DNA of 41,584 nt from Chiloscyllium plagiosum (lineage: Eukaryota), in assembly GCF_004010195.1 (NCBI RefSeq), contig NC_057719.1, forward strand, positions 47,927,748 to 47,969,331, read 5' to 3'. Position numbers and translations under genes: made by a program. Positions 13,064 to 25,341 of the stretch are shown here, piece after piece (the stretch's first letter is position 1; every line of letters begins with the position of its first letter). Under the pieces are notes generated by a model. That model had not been told where the DNA came from. It saw only the letters and a list, made by a program, of their open reading frames with translations, and searched no databases.

Positions 13064-13398
13064 TTTCCATCTGCCACTTCTCAGCCCATTGGCCCATCTG
13101 GTCCAGATCCTGTTGTAATCTGAGGTAACCCTCTTCGCTGTCCACTACACCTCCAATTTTGGTGTCATCTGCAAACTTACTAACTGTCGCTCTTATGCTT
13201 GCATCCAAATCATTTATGTAAATGACAAACGAGGGCCCAGCATCGATCCTTGTAGCACTCCACTGGTCACAGGCCTCCAGTCTGAAAAACAACCTTCCAC
13301 CACCACCCTCTCTCTTCTACCTTTGAGCCAGTTCTGTTTCCAAATGGCTAGTTCTCCCTGTATTCCGTGAGATCTAACCTTGCTAATCAGTCTCCCGT
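13064..13398 (-). mobile_element. CR1 internal RT fragment
   Basis: ORF 13008..13292 reads FVIYINDLD...SKFADDTKIGGVVDSEE. Confidence 0.9.
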
Positions 13399-14319
13399 GT
13401 TAACTATTTCAATAGAGTTAAAGTTCTGCCAATTTTTCTTTCTTCGTCATATTTTAACTGGTACAAGAATAAAGCAAGTTTTGCTGAAAGCCTAGTAGTT
13501 TGATGAATCAATTCAGTGTCTTATATCTGGCTTTAAATAAACATTGGGTCTCGGCTATCTCCTTGATATATCTCGAGAGAGTTTGGGCTGATCCAGAACA
13601 GCAGAGATAAAGTGAGCATGAGGTATCAGAGAGAAGATGGTGGCACTTACAGTGGCAGAATGTGGTGCTTGTTGTGCATTCCTCCAGACAGCTTAGACTT
13701 GGTTGACAATAATTGGACCAGGCTAGCATGATTTGGTGTCATGTCCACTGTTGATCCCAGGGTAAGAAGTCTTGCCCCTATACCATTCTGTTCACCAGTC
13801 CTCAAGGTTTCTGTCTGCAAGTCAGGGTGCCCAATCTTTCTTAGTCTACCATGTCCAGGACAATTACCAGAACCATGCAGAGTAGATTCACATTGCACAC
13901 AGACAACAACTGACAACAATTGATATCAAGAAAATCTTTAAGATAGAGATAAATGAGGCACCAAACATGATGATAAAGAATGTTTTTTTCTTGTTGAGTA
14001 CAGGTAAAGCTTTAGGCACGAAGTAACAGAACAGAAGCTTTTGGAGAAACACAATTAGATCTGATTAATAAAAATTTGTGATCAGATATACATCAAAAAG
14101 TTACATTCCATTGACATGAGATATTAACTATACATTTTGTTTCCTGGGAAACCAAACACAAAAATGGAGACCAATCATTTCATGAAAGCTCTCTTGAAAT
14201 ATGTGAGAAATAACACCACATTTGCAGCAAAAACTGATGATTGGAAGTCTGGATTTAGACCAGTAATAGGAACAACTATTAATAAAGGCATATTAAAATC
14301 AGGAATTAAATTTTTAAAA

Positions 14320-14600
14320 ATCATCAGTAAACTAATGGAAAGTGTCATCAACAGTTCTATAAAGCAGCACCTGCTCAGTAATGTCCAATTTAGGTTCCAC
14401 CAAGGCCACTGCACTCCTGACCTCATTACAGCCTTGGTCCAAACAGCTGAATTCCAAAGGTAAAGTAAGCTCGATATCATTAAGTGTGGCATCAAGGTGA
14501 CCGAGCAAAACTGGAGTGAAGGGGAAATAAGGGTGGAGAAATCTCCACTTGTTGGAGTAATACACGAGACAAAGATGGTTGAAGTTGTAAGAAGAAAATC
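14320..14600 (+). mobile_element. Decayed fragment of the second LINE family (RT region)
   Basis: IISKLMESVINSSIKQHLLSNVQFRFHQGHCTPDLITAL. Homologous to 25620-25890. Confidence 0.7.
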
Positions 14601-14844
14601 TGAGGCAAGAATATAAACGTGCAGTTAGCTGACAAAACAAGACGATTTGTGCAGTCGGCAGAGGGACTATAAATTTTCATAGATCAATTAAATTTAAGTT
14701 TTAAAATCTAGATGGAGTATGAACAACTAACAGATAAAATCAACACTCAAAGAATGCACCAGAAATAACTAGACTGGAGTGGATGTTGTCACACTGCAGT
14801 AAATAATTAGGAATTAACGTTACTGTCACAAGTACTCACGAGTA

Positions 14845-16198
14845 CAGGAAAATCATAGTCTAATGTGGTGCCATAATTTAAGGAAGATGGTAAGGAAAAG
14901 CCAGGGAATAATAAACTGGTGAACCGAACATCAAGTTGTTGGAAGAGATCCTGATGGACAGGGTCTACATGCATTTGGAAAGGCAACAACTGATTAGGGA
15001 TAATCAACATGGTTTTGTGCTTGTGAAATCATGTCTCACGAACACGATTTAGTTTTGTGAAAAAGTAATGAAGAGAATTGATAAAGGCAGAGCATTGGAC
15101 GCGATGTATATGGACTTCAGTAAGGCAAGGTTTGACAAGAGTCCGCGTGATAGATTGGTAAGCAAGGTTAGATCACATGGAATACAGGGAAAACTAGCCA
15201 TTTGGATACAGAACTGGCTCAAAAGATGGGAGAGAAGGGATGGTGGTGCAGTGTTGCTTTTCAGACTGGAGGCCTGTGAGCAACGGTGTATCACAAGGAT
15301 CTGTGCTGGGTCCACTCCTTTTTGTCATTTATATAAATGATTTGGATGTGAACATAGAAGGTATGATTAGTAAGTTTGCAGATGACACCAAAATTGTAGT
15401 TTAATTTAGATAAATGTGAGGTGCTGCGTTTTGGAAAGGCCAATCAGGGCAGGACTTTATACACTTAATGATAAGGTCCTAGGAAATGTTGCTGAACAAG
15501 TCAGACCTTGGAGTGCAGGTTCATAGTTCCTTGAAAATGGAATGGCAGGTAGACAATAGTGAAGGTGGCATTTGGTATGCCTGTCTTTATTAGTCAGTGC
15601 TTTGAGTTTAGGAGTTGGGAGGTCATGTTGTGGCTGTACAGGACATTAGTTAGGCTACTTTTGGAATATTGTGTGCAATTCTGCTCTACTCCCACAGGAG
15701 GGATGTTGTGAAACATGAAAGGGTTCAGAAAAGATTTACAAGGATGTTGCCAGGGTTGGAGGATTTGAGCTATAGGGAGATACTGAATAGACTGGGGCTA
15801 TATTCCCTGGAGCATCGGAGACTGAGGACCAGAGACCATATAGAGGCTTATAAAATGATGAAGGGCATGGATAGGGTGAGTAGCCAAGGTCTTTTCCCTG
15901 GGGTGGGGAGTCCAGAACAAGAGGTCATAGATTTGAAGGGAAAAGGTTGAAAAGGGACCTAAGGGGCAACGTTTTCTCACAGAGGGTGGTGAGTGTATGG
16001 AATGAGCTACCAGAAGTAGTGGTGGAGACTGGTACAATTACAGCATTTAAAAGGCACCTGGATGGGTATCCAGGAAGGGTTTAGAGGGATATGGGCAAGT
16101 GCTGGCAAATGGGACTAGATTAATTCAGGATATCTGGTCAGCATGGACAAGTTGGACCAAAAAGGATTTGTTTCCATCCTGTATAGTTCTAGACTCCA
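14845..16198 (+). mobile_element. 5'-truncated, frameshifted CR1 LINE
   Basis: DAMYMDFSKA.FDK, tttgcagatgacacca (FADDT) and ERVQKRFTRMLPGLE, followed by the 3' tail. Confidence 0.9.
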
Positions 16199-16676
16199 TT
16201 TGATCAGAGCTGGAAAGCTACAGAGATCACTTCTGGGTGGCAACATGTAGCACAAGAGAAAGAGGTCAACCTAGGCATAGCTGAATGAAAGATGTGACAG
16301 AGTGGTTGCAGACATGCAGTGGATGTGCGAGGATGTGACAGGCAAGCATGGCAGATTATCACAGCAGATCTGGCAAGGGTAGCCACAAGCAGTAGCAGAT
16401 GGAAGCAAGGTCATTAATGAAACTGAAAACAGTGTAGCCCGAGAAATATGCTGAGGAATTTCTGTGGAAACATGTTTGGGGTTTCTCAATTCTTAAATCC
16501 TCATGCATTATGGAGGTAGACTGTTCTATCATTCACCAAGGTCCCAGATGTTCTGTTGCTTTGATTATGCACTGATCAGTTCACATTTCCAGCAACTTGG
16601 GCAAAAAGGAATTAATCACACAAGAACAGGTCTATTTCACTGGCAAAATTAATAAAGGCAAGGGGATGCTTTGATG

Positions 16677-16677
<1 letters not shown>

Positions 16678-16725
<48 letters not shown>
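16678..16725 (+). repeat. (TAA)16 microsatellite
   Basis: Perfect trinucleotide run, counted directly. Confidence 0.97.
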
Positions 16726-16727
<2 letters not shown>

Positions 16728-19700
16728 GTTTTGGATACTGTCGGGGGAAGATGGCTCACCGGGGAGGGCAGCAGTTGTCAAGATCATGGCACCATGGCGG
16801 GTACTGCTGTTCAGAAGGGCGGGAAAAAGACACGTAGGGCCATACTCATAGGGGATTCCATTGTGAAGGGAGTAGACAGGCGGTTGTGTGGCCAAAACCG
16901 GAACTCCTGGATGCTATGTTGCCTCCCAGGTGCTCGGGTCAGGGATGTCACTGATCGGCTGCAGAGCATTCTAAAAGGGGAGGATGAACAGCCAGTTATC
17001 TTGGTGCATATAGGCACCAACGATATAAGTAGAAAGCGAGACGAGGTCCTGAAAGCAGAATTCAGGGAGCTAGGAGAGAAGTTAAAGTGGAGGACCTCAA
17101 AAGGTAGTGATCTCGGGATTACTACCAGTGCCATGTGCTAGCCAGCGTAGAAGTGAAAAAAACAGACAGGATGAACACGTGGATTGAGAGACGGTGTAGG
17201 AGGAAGGGGTTCAGATTTGTTGGACATTGGGACCGGTTCTGGGGAAGGTGGGACTATTACAAAAGGGACAGTCTACATCTGAACCAGACCAGAACCAATG
17301 TCCTTGGGGGAGTTTTTGCTACTGCTGTTAGGGAGGTTTTAAACTAATGTGGCAGGGGACTGGGAACCAGAAGAGAAAACGAGTAGGCAGTGAGGTGGAG
17401 ACTGGAGACTGTAAGAATTATGAAGATAGCACTAATAAAAAGGAAGAATAGGCAGAGAGCAGGTGAATGCAAAAGAACTGGTGGCCTGAAATGCATCTAC
17501 TTTAATGCAAGGAATGTAGTGTGTAACGCAGATGAACTTAGGGTTTGGATTGGTGCCTGGGAGTATGACATTATTGCTATTACAGAGACTTGGTTGAAGG
17601 AAGGGCATAACAAATAGGTAAACAGATTATGAATAGATGTAGAGGCAATAGGGTAGTGGTGATGGGAGATTTTATTTTTCCCAATATTGACTGGGATACA
17701 CTTAGCGTCAGAGGGCTGGATGGAGTAGAATTTGTACGAAGTGTCCAGGAAAGTTTTCTAGAGTAGTATGTCAATAGTCCGACAAGGGAAGGTCCATATT
17801 GGACCTGGTACTGGGGAACGAGCAAGGACAAGTGGTAGAAGTTGCGGTGGGGAATTTCTTTACAGTGACCACAATTCTGTAAGTTTTAGAATACTCGTAG
17901 ATAAAGAAGAGAGTGGTCCTTGGGGAAGAGTACTAAACTGTGCCAAAGCCAATAATATCAAAATTAGGCAGGAGCTGGGAAATGTGGATTGGATACAGCT
18001 ATTTGAAGGAAGCCTCCCACATCTCAAATGTGGACTTTTCAAAGATAGGTTAACGGTAGTGCAGGATAGGCATGTCCCGTTGAAGGCAAAGGATAAGAAG
18101 GGCAAGATTCGTGAACCATGGATGACAGGAGAAATTGTTCAACTAGCCAAGAGGAAAGGGAAGTGTACATAAGGTCTAGGCAGCTAAGAACAGAACGGGC
18201 CCTTGAGGAATATCGGAAGAGTAGGACAAGTCTTAAACAAGGAATCAAGCAGGTGAAAAGGGGTCATGAAATAGCTTTAGCAAGCAGAATTAAGGAAAAT
18301 CCCAAAGCATTTTATTCTTATATAAGAAGCAAGTGGGTAACTAGAGAAAGGATTGGTCCACTAAAAGATAATGAAGGAAGGCTGTGTGCCAAACCTGAGA
18401 GAATGGGTGAGATTCTGAATGATTACTTTACATCAGTGATCACTGAGGAGAGGAACATGATGAATCTTGAGATTAGAGATAGAAGTTTGATTCGTCTAGA
18501 TCACGTTGGCATAAGTAGGGACGATGTGTTGGGTATGCTAGAGGTTATTAAGGTGGACAAATCCCCAGGACCGGATGGGATCTATCCCAGGTTGCTGAGG
18601 GGGGTGAGAGAGGAAATAGCTGGGGCCCTGACAGATATCTTTGTGGCATCCTTGAATACAGGTGAGGTGCCGGAGGACTAGAGGGTAGCTTATGTAGTCC
18701 CCTTGTACCAGAAGGGTAGTAGGGATATTCCAGCTAACTATAGACCAGTGAGCCTGACATCAGTGGTGGGGAAGTTGCTGGAGAGGGTACTAAGAGATAG
18801 GATCTATTTATATTTAGAAAAGAATGAGCTTATCAGTGATAGGAAACATGGTTTTGTGTGGGGGAGATCATGCCTTACCAACTTAATAGAGTTCTTCGAG
18901 GAAGTGACCAAATTGGTAGAAGGGCTGTTGATGTCATATACATGGACTTTAGTAAGGTGTTTGATAAGGTTCCCCATTGTCGACCAATGGAGAAAGTGAA
19001 GTCACATGGTGTGCAGGGAGTTCTAACTAGGTGGATAAGGAACTGGTTGAGCAATTGGAGACAGTAGTAGTTGAAGGGAGTTTCTCGAAATGGAGAATGG
19101 TGACCAGTGGTGTTCCACAGGGGTCAGTATTGGGGCCACTGTTGTTTGTAATATATATGATGATCTAGAAGAGGGCACTGTTGGTATGATCAGCAAATTT
19201 GCAGATGACACAAAGATTGATGGAGTAGCAGAAAGCATAAGGGACTGTCAGAGAATACAGGAGGATATAGATAGACTGGAGAGTTGGGCGGAAAAAGTGG
19301 CAGATGGCTTTCAATCCAGACAATATGAGATGTTGCATTTAGGCAAGTCTAATTCTAGAGCGAATTATACAATGAATGGAAGAGCCTTGAGAAAACTTCA
19401 TGGGCAGAGAGATCTGGGAGTGCAGGTCCATTGGACCCTGAAGGTTGCTGCACAGGTGGATAGAGCGGTCAAGGAGGCATATAGTATGCTTGCCTTCATT
19501 GGACGGGGTATTGAGAAGAGCTAGCAAGTCATGTTAAAATTATACAAGACATTGGTTTGGCCACATTTAGAATATTGTGTACAGTTCTGGTTGCTACATT
19601 ACCAAAAGGATGTGGACGCTTTGGAGAGGGTGCAGAGAAGGTTTACGAGGATGTTGCCTGGTATGGAAGGTGCTAGCTATGAGAAAGAGTTGAGTAGGTT

Positions 19701-20116
19701 AGGTTTATTTTCACTAGAAAAAAGGAGATTGAGGGGGGGACCTGATTGAGTTTTACAAAATCATGAAGGGCATAGACAGGGTGGATAGAGACAAGCTTTT
19801 TCTCAGGGTGAAGGATTCAATAACCAGAGGTCATGCTTTCAAGGGGAGAGGTGGAAAGTTTAAGGGAGGATACACGCGGAAAGTATTTCACATAGAGAGT
19901 GGTGGGTGTTTGGAATGTGTTGCCAACAGAGGTGGTAGAGGCAGGCACGGTAGATTCATTTAAGATGCGTCTGGACAGATGCATGAGTAGGCGGGGAGCA
20001 GAGGGATACAGATGCTTAGGAATTGGGTGACAGGTTTAGACAGTACATTTGGATCGGCTCAGGCTTGAAGGGCTGAAGGGCCTGTTCCTGGGCTGTAAAT
20101 TTTCTTTGTTCTTTGT
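16726..20116 (+). mobile_element. Near-full-length but disabled CR1 LINE: ORF1 SGNH/GDSL esterase domain, ORF2 APE endonuclease (partly deleted near 17610) plus RT
   Basis: ORF1 has IGDSIVKG...CLPGARV...VHIGTND. The ORF2 start reads CIYFNARN...IIAITETWL, then KSPGPDGIYPRLL, NYRPVSLTS, DFSKVFDKVPH and KFADDTK. Tail is ttctttgttctttgt. Many stops and frameshifts. Confidence 0.95.
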
Positions 20117-21129
20117 AATAATACTGTTTCACATGTCCAGGGTATTCTAGGAGCAGTAATAGAATTTAAGTCACAAATTCTAATGATTATTTCCTTAGAA
20201 GATATTTTGTCATAGCTTTTTGTCTTGCACTCATCTGTATAATTTGTAAAAAGTACCAAGGAAAATAAATATTTATACTTTATGAGAAGACAGTGCTAAT
20301 TGATTGAGATGTTGTCATTGAAAATGCACTGTTCAAAGATGGTTGCAAGTTAACTGTCAAGCTTGAAATTTCAAACCAGGCACGTTACTTATTTGTCAAA
20401 TGAAATGAATCATAGAATGGCGTTCACCTGTTTTGTAGAGTTGAAATAGACTGTGTACATGTTCCTTCTTTTCGCAAAGAACAGTGTGTGCACTTGCACA
20501 AATAGAAGGCCACATATATTAATATGCAGAAACCGGTTGTATTTAGGTTTGGTCAGATGAACAGAGAGAAGGGTTGTGGGAATCAGTCTGAAAATATGGT
20601 ACGAGTGGGAGATGAGACTCTGGAGCATGGGAGCTCAAGTTAAAATCCTGGAAAAGGGATGCAAAACTCGATCAGGGCATTGGTCAAGAATCAGCGACAA
20701 TGAAAGATATGGGTTGGCCAGGCTGGCACTAATAGATAAAAGTGATGGGGTTAGGGGCAAGATGAAAGCTGGAAAGCAGTAGGATTTTGTAATTATGGGT
20801 ACACAATCAAGCAGAAAGGTGGGGGCAAAAACACTCCTTTCGGCAGATTACCAGAATAATAAAATTTGCATGATCCATTTCCTTTAAACAGCAGACACTG
20901 CTGTTTTAAATAACTTAAATCATACATATGAAATTGTGAAGCTTAAGTTATTGAGAAACTAGCTCTTGGGTCCCGCTGCCAGCAATTACATGACAGGGCT
21001 CAAGGTATGAAAACGGATCCAGCTCACCACACCTTGAAGATGTGGGTTAGAATAATCACACACTGAATTACCTCTCTCGAAAATACAAACTGGATAACTC
21101 AAGCCAGGGAAAGAAAAAGCTTCAGAGAA

Positions 21130-21340
21130 TTTTGAGGCAGGGCCCTCAACAGACTGTTTCATCTCCTGCACTTTTGCCCTCCCTCCCAGAACATTGATAG
21201 AGATCCTCTTGTCCTTACAAGTCTGGTGGAATGGAAAGTAAGTAAAAGGACCATCCTCGGTCATGTCTGCCACCTCCAGTAGGATACCACCACCAAGCAC
21301 ATCTCCTGTCCCCAGCACTGGCAGTATTCCACAAGGACCA
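21130..21340 (+). mobile_element. Old Penelope-like element, RT-to-endonuclease linker fragment
   Basis: Degenerate PLVLT...HLQ.DTTTKHI.P.P-like coding. Appears to continue at ~26900. Confidence 0.5.
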
Positions 21341-22032
21341 TTACATTGATGGAGGACTGAATCACTTAAAACTTCCTAATTCCCCATGTAAATCAATAAA
21401 AGAAATGAAATGAAACCAGACAGATCATCTGGCATTGACGTGGGCACTGGAAAAGACAAAAGCAGAAACAGCCCTGTTAATCCTGCAAAGTCCTCCTTAC
21501 TAACATCTGGGGGCTAGTACCAAAATTGGGAGAGCTACTTCACAGACTAGTCAGACAACAGCCTGACACAGTCTGTAAGATATGATTCCGTGAGTATGAC
21601 TAGGTTCCAGACACCACCATCACCATATCTGGATGTGTCCTGTCCCACCAGCAGAGATGGCAGCACAGCGGTATACAGTCGGGATCTGGGAGTCCTCAAC
21701 ATTTGGCACCAGGCCCCATGAAGTCTCATGGTTTCAGTTTAAACATGGGCAAGGAAACCTCTGGCTGATTACCATGTACCATTCTTCCCTCAGCTGATGA
21801 ATCAGTAACCCTCCATGTAAAGCTAAACAGAGGATGGCAAGGGCACAAAATGTAGTCTGGGTGGCAGAAAACATTGAAAGTCCTCAAGAGTGTCTCGGCA
21901 GCAGTACTGTTGATTAAGCTGCTAAGGACCTGAAGGACATAGCTGCTCGGCTAGGTCTGTGGCAGGTGGCGAGGGAGCCAACAAGAGGGAAAAGCATACT
22001 TGACCTCATCTTTACCAATCAGCCAGGTGCAG

Positions 22033-23479
22033 ACCCGAGGCAAGAGCGAGGCCATGCTCTTCGGGAACTGGGCCGATCAATCCTCGATCCCCTTCACCGT
22101 CAGGACCAACCACCTGAAGGTGCTGGGTATTTGGTTCGGAGGGGCTGAGGCGTGCGCCAAGTCTTGGGAGGAGCGTATCAGCAAAGTGAGGCAGAAACTG
22201 GGCAGATGGAAGCTACGGTCGCTCTCCATCGCGGGAAAAAACCTGGTCGTCAGGTGTGAGGCACTGTCATTGCTATTATACGTGGCACAGGTCTGCCCTA
22301 TTCCCAGAACCTGTGCCGCTGCAGTCATCCGGGCCACCTTCCAGTTTATATGGAGGTCAAAGATGGACCGGGTCCGAAGGGACTCGCTGTACAAAGATCT
22401 GGGCAACGGGGGAAAAAATACACCCAATGCCACCCTCACCCTGATGGCCACCTTTGTGTGTGGCTGCCTAAAGCTGTGCGTGGATCCCCGGTAAGCAAAC
22501 ACCAAGTGTCACTACGTACTGAAGTTCTACCTGTCCTCGGTGTTGCGAAGGATGGGCCTGGCCTCGCTGCCGCGGAACGCTCCGAGTAGTTGGAACGTTC
22601 CGTATCACCTGTCCTTCGTGGAGAAGTTTATGAAGAAAAACACCTTTGACCACAAGTCCATCAGGAAGTGGTCAGCACATAGTGTCCTTGAGACCCTTCG
22701 GGAAAAGGAGAGAGCGGATCCTATCGAGCGGTTCCCTGAGCAGACTGTCAAAGCCATTTGGCAGAATGCCTCATCGCCAGAACTTTCCAACAAGCACCAA
22801 GACATGGCTTGGCTGGTGGTGAGAAGTGCTCTGCCTGTGAGATCCTTTATGCATGCCCGGACTCTCAGCCGCACCGCACGCTGCCCTCGAAGCGGCTGCG
22901 GGGGGGACGAGACTGTCACACACCTCCTTCTGGAATGTGCCTACGCAGAAGTCTGGAGAGGAATGCAGTGGTGTTTGTCGAGGTTAGTCCCAAGCAGCGC
23001 CGTGACGCGGGACTCCGTGCTCTACGGCCTGTTCCCCGGGACGCACACCGAGACGAACATCAACTGTGCCTGGAGGATCATCAACTCAGTGAAGGACGCT
23101 CTCTGGGGGGTCCAAAACCTGCTGATCTTCCAGCTGGAGGAGTTGACCCCAACTGAGTGTTGCAGACTGGCACATTCCAAGGCCCAGGACTACGTGTTGA
23201 GGGACGCGCTGAAGCTTGGGGCAGCTGCTGCCAAGGCGCAGTGAGGAAAGACCACCGTGTAACATCTGCCTGCCTAAAGACGAACAGGGGGCCCGCGCAG
23301 TCACTTGGGCTCTGCTGACGCCTCAGCTAAAAATGTAATCGTACAGATCTGTAAATAGGAATGATTACTCTGTTTTCAGTATGCAAACAAATGGAATGTT
23401 TACATATGTATGGCATGTCCAGTTGTACAGATCATCAAAGTAGTTTATGAATAAAGTATATTTTTGAAATAAAAAAAAA
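22033..23479 (+). mobile_element. 5'-truncated Tx1/L1-clade LINE (RT thumb plus zf-RVT zinc finger), relatively young
   Basis: KSEAML...LKVLGIWF...WKLRSLSIAGK and CPRSGCGGDETVTHLLLEC. AATAAA and poly(A) at 23449-23479. GC- and CpG-rich compared with the flanks. Confidence 0.92.
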
Positions 23480-23736
23480 TCTGTAAAAGCGACCACTGCA
23501 CAGTCCTTGTGGAGACAAAGTCCTGCCTTCACATGGAGAATAACCTCCACTGTGCTGTGTGACACCATCACTGTACTAAATAGGACAGACTTTGAACAAA
23601 TCTAGCAAGTCAAGACTGGACATGCACTGTGGGTCACCAACAGGAGCAGAATTCTACTTGAGCACAATCTGTAACCTCATGACCCAGCATATCCCTCGAC
23701 TTAACCAATACCATCAAGCCAATGGATCAACCCTGG

Positions 23737-25341
23737 TTCACTGGATGTGCAGGACAACCTGCCAGAAGTAGCACCAAGATACCTGAAGATGAGGGGTCAA
23801 TCTAGTGAAGCCACCAAACAGGACTACCTGCACACCAAATAGAAGCAGCAAATGCTAAACAGAGCTAAGTAAACTCAAACTACTTAAAATTGGTGAGGAG
23901 AAAGTGAGGTCTGCAGATGCTGGAGATCAGAGCTGAAAATGTGTTGCTGGAAAAGCGCAGCAGGTCAGGCAGCATCCAGGGAACAGGAGAATCGACGTTT
24001 CGGGCATAAGCACTTCTTCAGCTCTGTTTAGCATTTGCTGCTTCTATTTGGTGTGCAGGTAGTCCTGTTTGGTGGCTTCACTAGTTGACCCCTCATCTTC
24101 AGGTATCCTGGTGCTACTTCTGGCAGGTTGTCCTGCACATCCAGTGAAAAGCTGCGCTTTTCCAGCAACACTTTCAGCTAAGTAAACTCAAAACCAATGG
24201 ATCATATCTAAGCTCTGCAGTCCTGCTGCATCCAGTCATGAATTGTGTTGATCAGTTAAACAACTCTTTGTAGAAGCGTCCACAATTATTCCCTTCCGCA
24301 ATGATGGAAGAATCCAGCCCATCAATGCAAGTGATCAGGCTGAAGTTTTCACAGCAATCTTCAGCCAGAAGTCACAAGTGGATGATCCATCTCAACTCAT
24401 GAATTCCATAAATTGTTTGTTTGACCTTTTATTTCACGGTGGTGTAATTATTAGTTAGTTGATCCATGATCTGCATAAGCCCTTCCTGAAGAAGGGCTTA
24501 TGCCTGAAACGTCGATTCTCCTCTTCCCTGGATGCCGCCTGACCTGCGCTTTTCCAGCAACACATTTTCAGCTCTGATCTCCAGCATCTGCAGACCTCAC
24601 TTTCTCCTCACCAATTTTAAGTAGTTTGAGTTTACTTAGTTCTGTTTAGCATTTGCTGCTTCTATTTGGTGTGCAGGTAGTCCTGTTTGGTGGCTTCACT
24701 AGGTTGACCCCTCATCTTCAGGTATCCTGGTGCTACTTCTGGCAGGTTGTCCTGCAGATCCAGTGAAAAGCTGTGCTTTTCCAGCAACACATTTTCAGCT
24801 AAGTAAACTCAAAACCAATGGATCAGATCTAAGCTCTGCAGTCCTGCTGCATCCAGTCAGGAATTAGCTTTTAGATTAGATTACAGTGTGGAAACAGGCC
24901 CTTCGGCCCAACAAGTCCACACCGACCCGCCGAAGCGAAACCCATCCATACCCCTACATTTACCCCTTACCTAACACTACAGGCAATTTAGTATGGCCAA
25001 TTAACCTGACCCTGCACATCTTTGGATGGTGGGAGGAAACCGGAGCACCCGGAGGAAACCCACGCAGACACGGGGAGAACGTGCAAACTCCACACAGTCA
25101 GTCGCCTGAGGCGGGAATTGAACCCGGGTCTCTGGCGCTGCGAGGCAGCAGTGCTAACCACTGTGCCACCGTGCCGCCCACGGTGGCACAGTTGATCAGT
25201 TAAACAACTCTTTGTAGAAGCGTCCACAATTATTCCCATCCGCAATGATGGAAGAACCCAGCCCATCAATGCAAGAGATCAGGCTGAAGTTTTCACAGCA
25301 ATCTTCAGCCAGAAGTCACAAGTGGATGATCCATCTCAACT
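23737..25341. repeat. Local inverted and direct duplication complex with Penelope pLTR pieces
   Basis: 23737-24020 is the reverse complement of ~24487-24767. 23737-23865 is also inverted at 24021-24148. 24021-24397 is directly repeated at ~24639-25341. Confidence 0.9.
24870..25179 (-). mobile_element. HE1-like V-SINE (tRNA-derived), young full-length copy
   Basis: A box TGGCACAGTGG, B box GGTTCAATTCC, V-domain tgtggagtttgcacgttctccccgtgtctgcgtgggtttcctccggg, and a CR1-like 3' end with a taatc tail. Confidence 0.9.

Noticed and set aside
13400..13920. Possible LTR end (to ~13600, perhaps paired with 10470-10675) and the Cys/His-rich ORF 13647..13919
   Set aside because: I could not define termini, a TSD or any recognisable domain.
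16632..17141. Poly-Ile / poly-Tyr ORFs
   Set aside because: They are translations of the (TAA)n microsatellite joined to CR1 ORF1.
16820..17346. Host GDSL/SGNH lipase gene
   Set aside because: It is the esterase domain of CR1 ORF1, frameshifted and directly followed by ORF2.
23737..24860. CRISPR-like or regularly spaced repeat array
   Set aside because: The repeats are irregular, of mixed orientation and derived from retroelements in a eukaryotic intron.
24870..25179. tRNA gene
   Set aside because: The A and B boxes belong to a SINE head followed by the V-domain and a LINE-derived tail.
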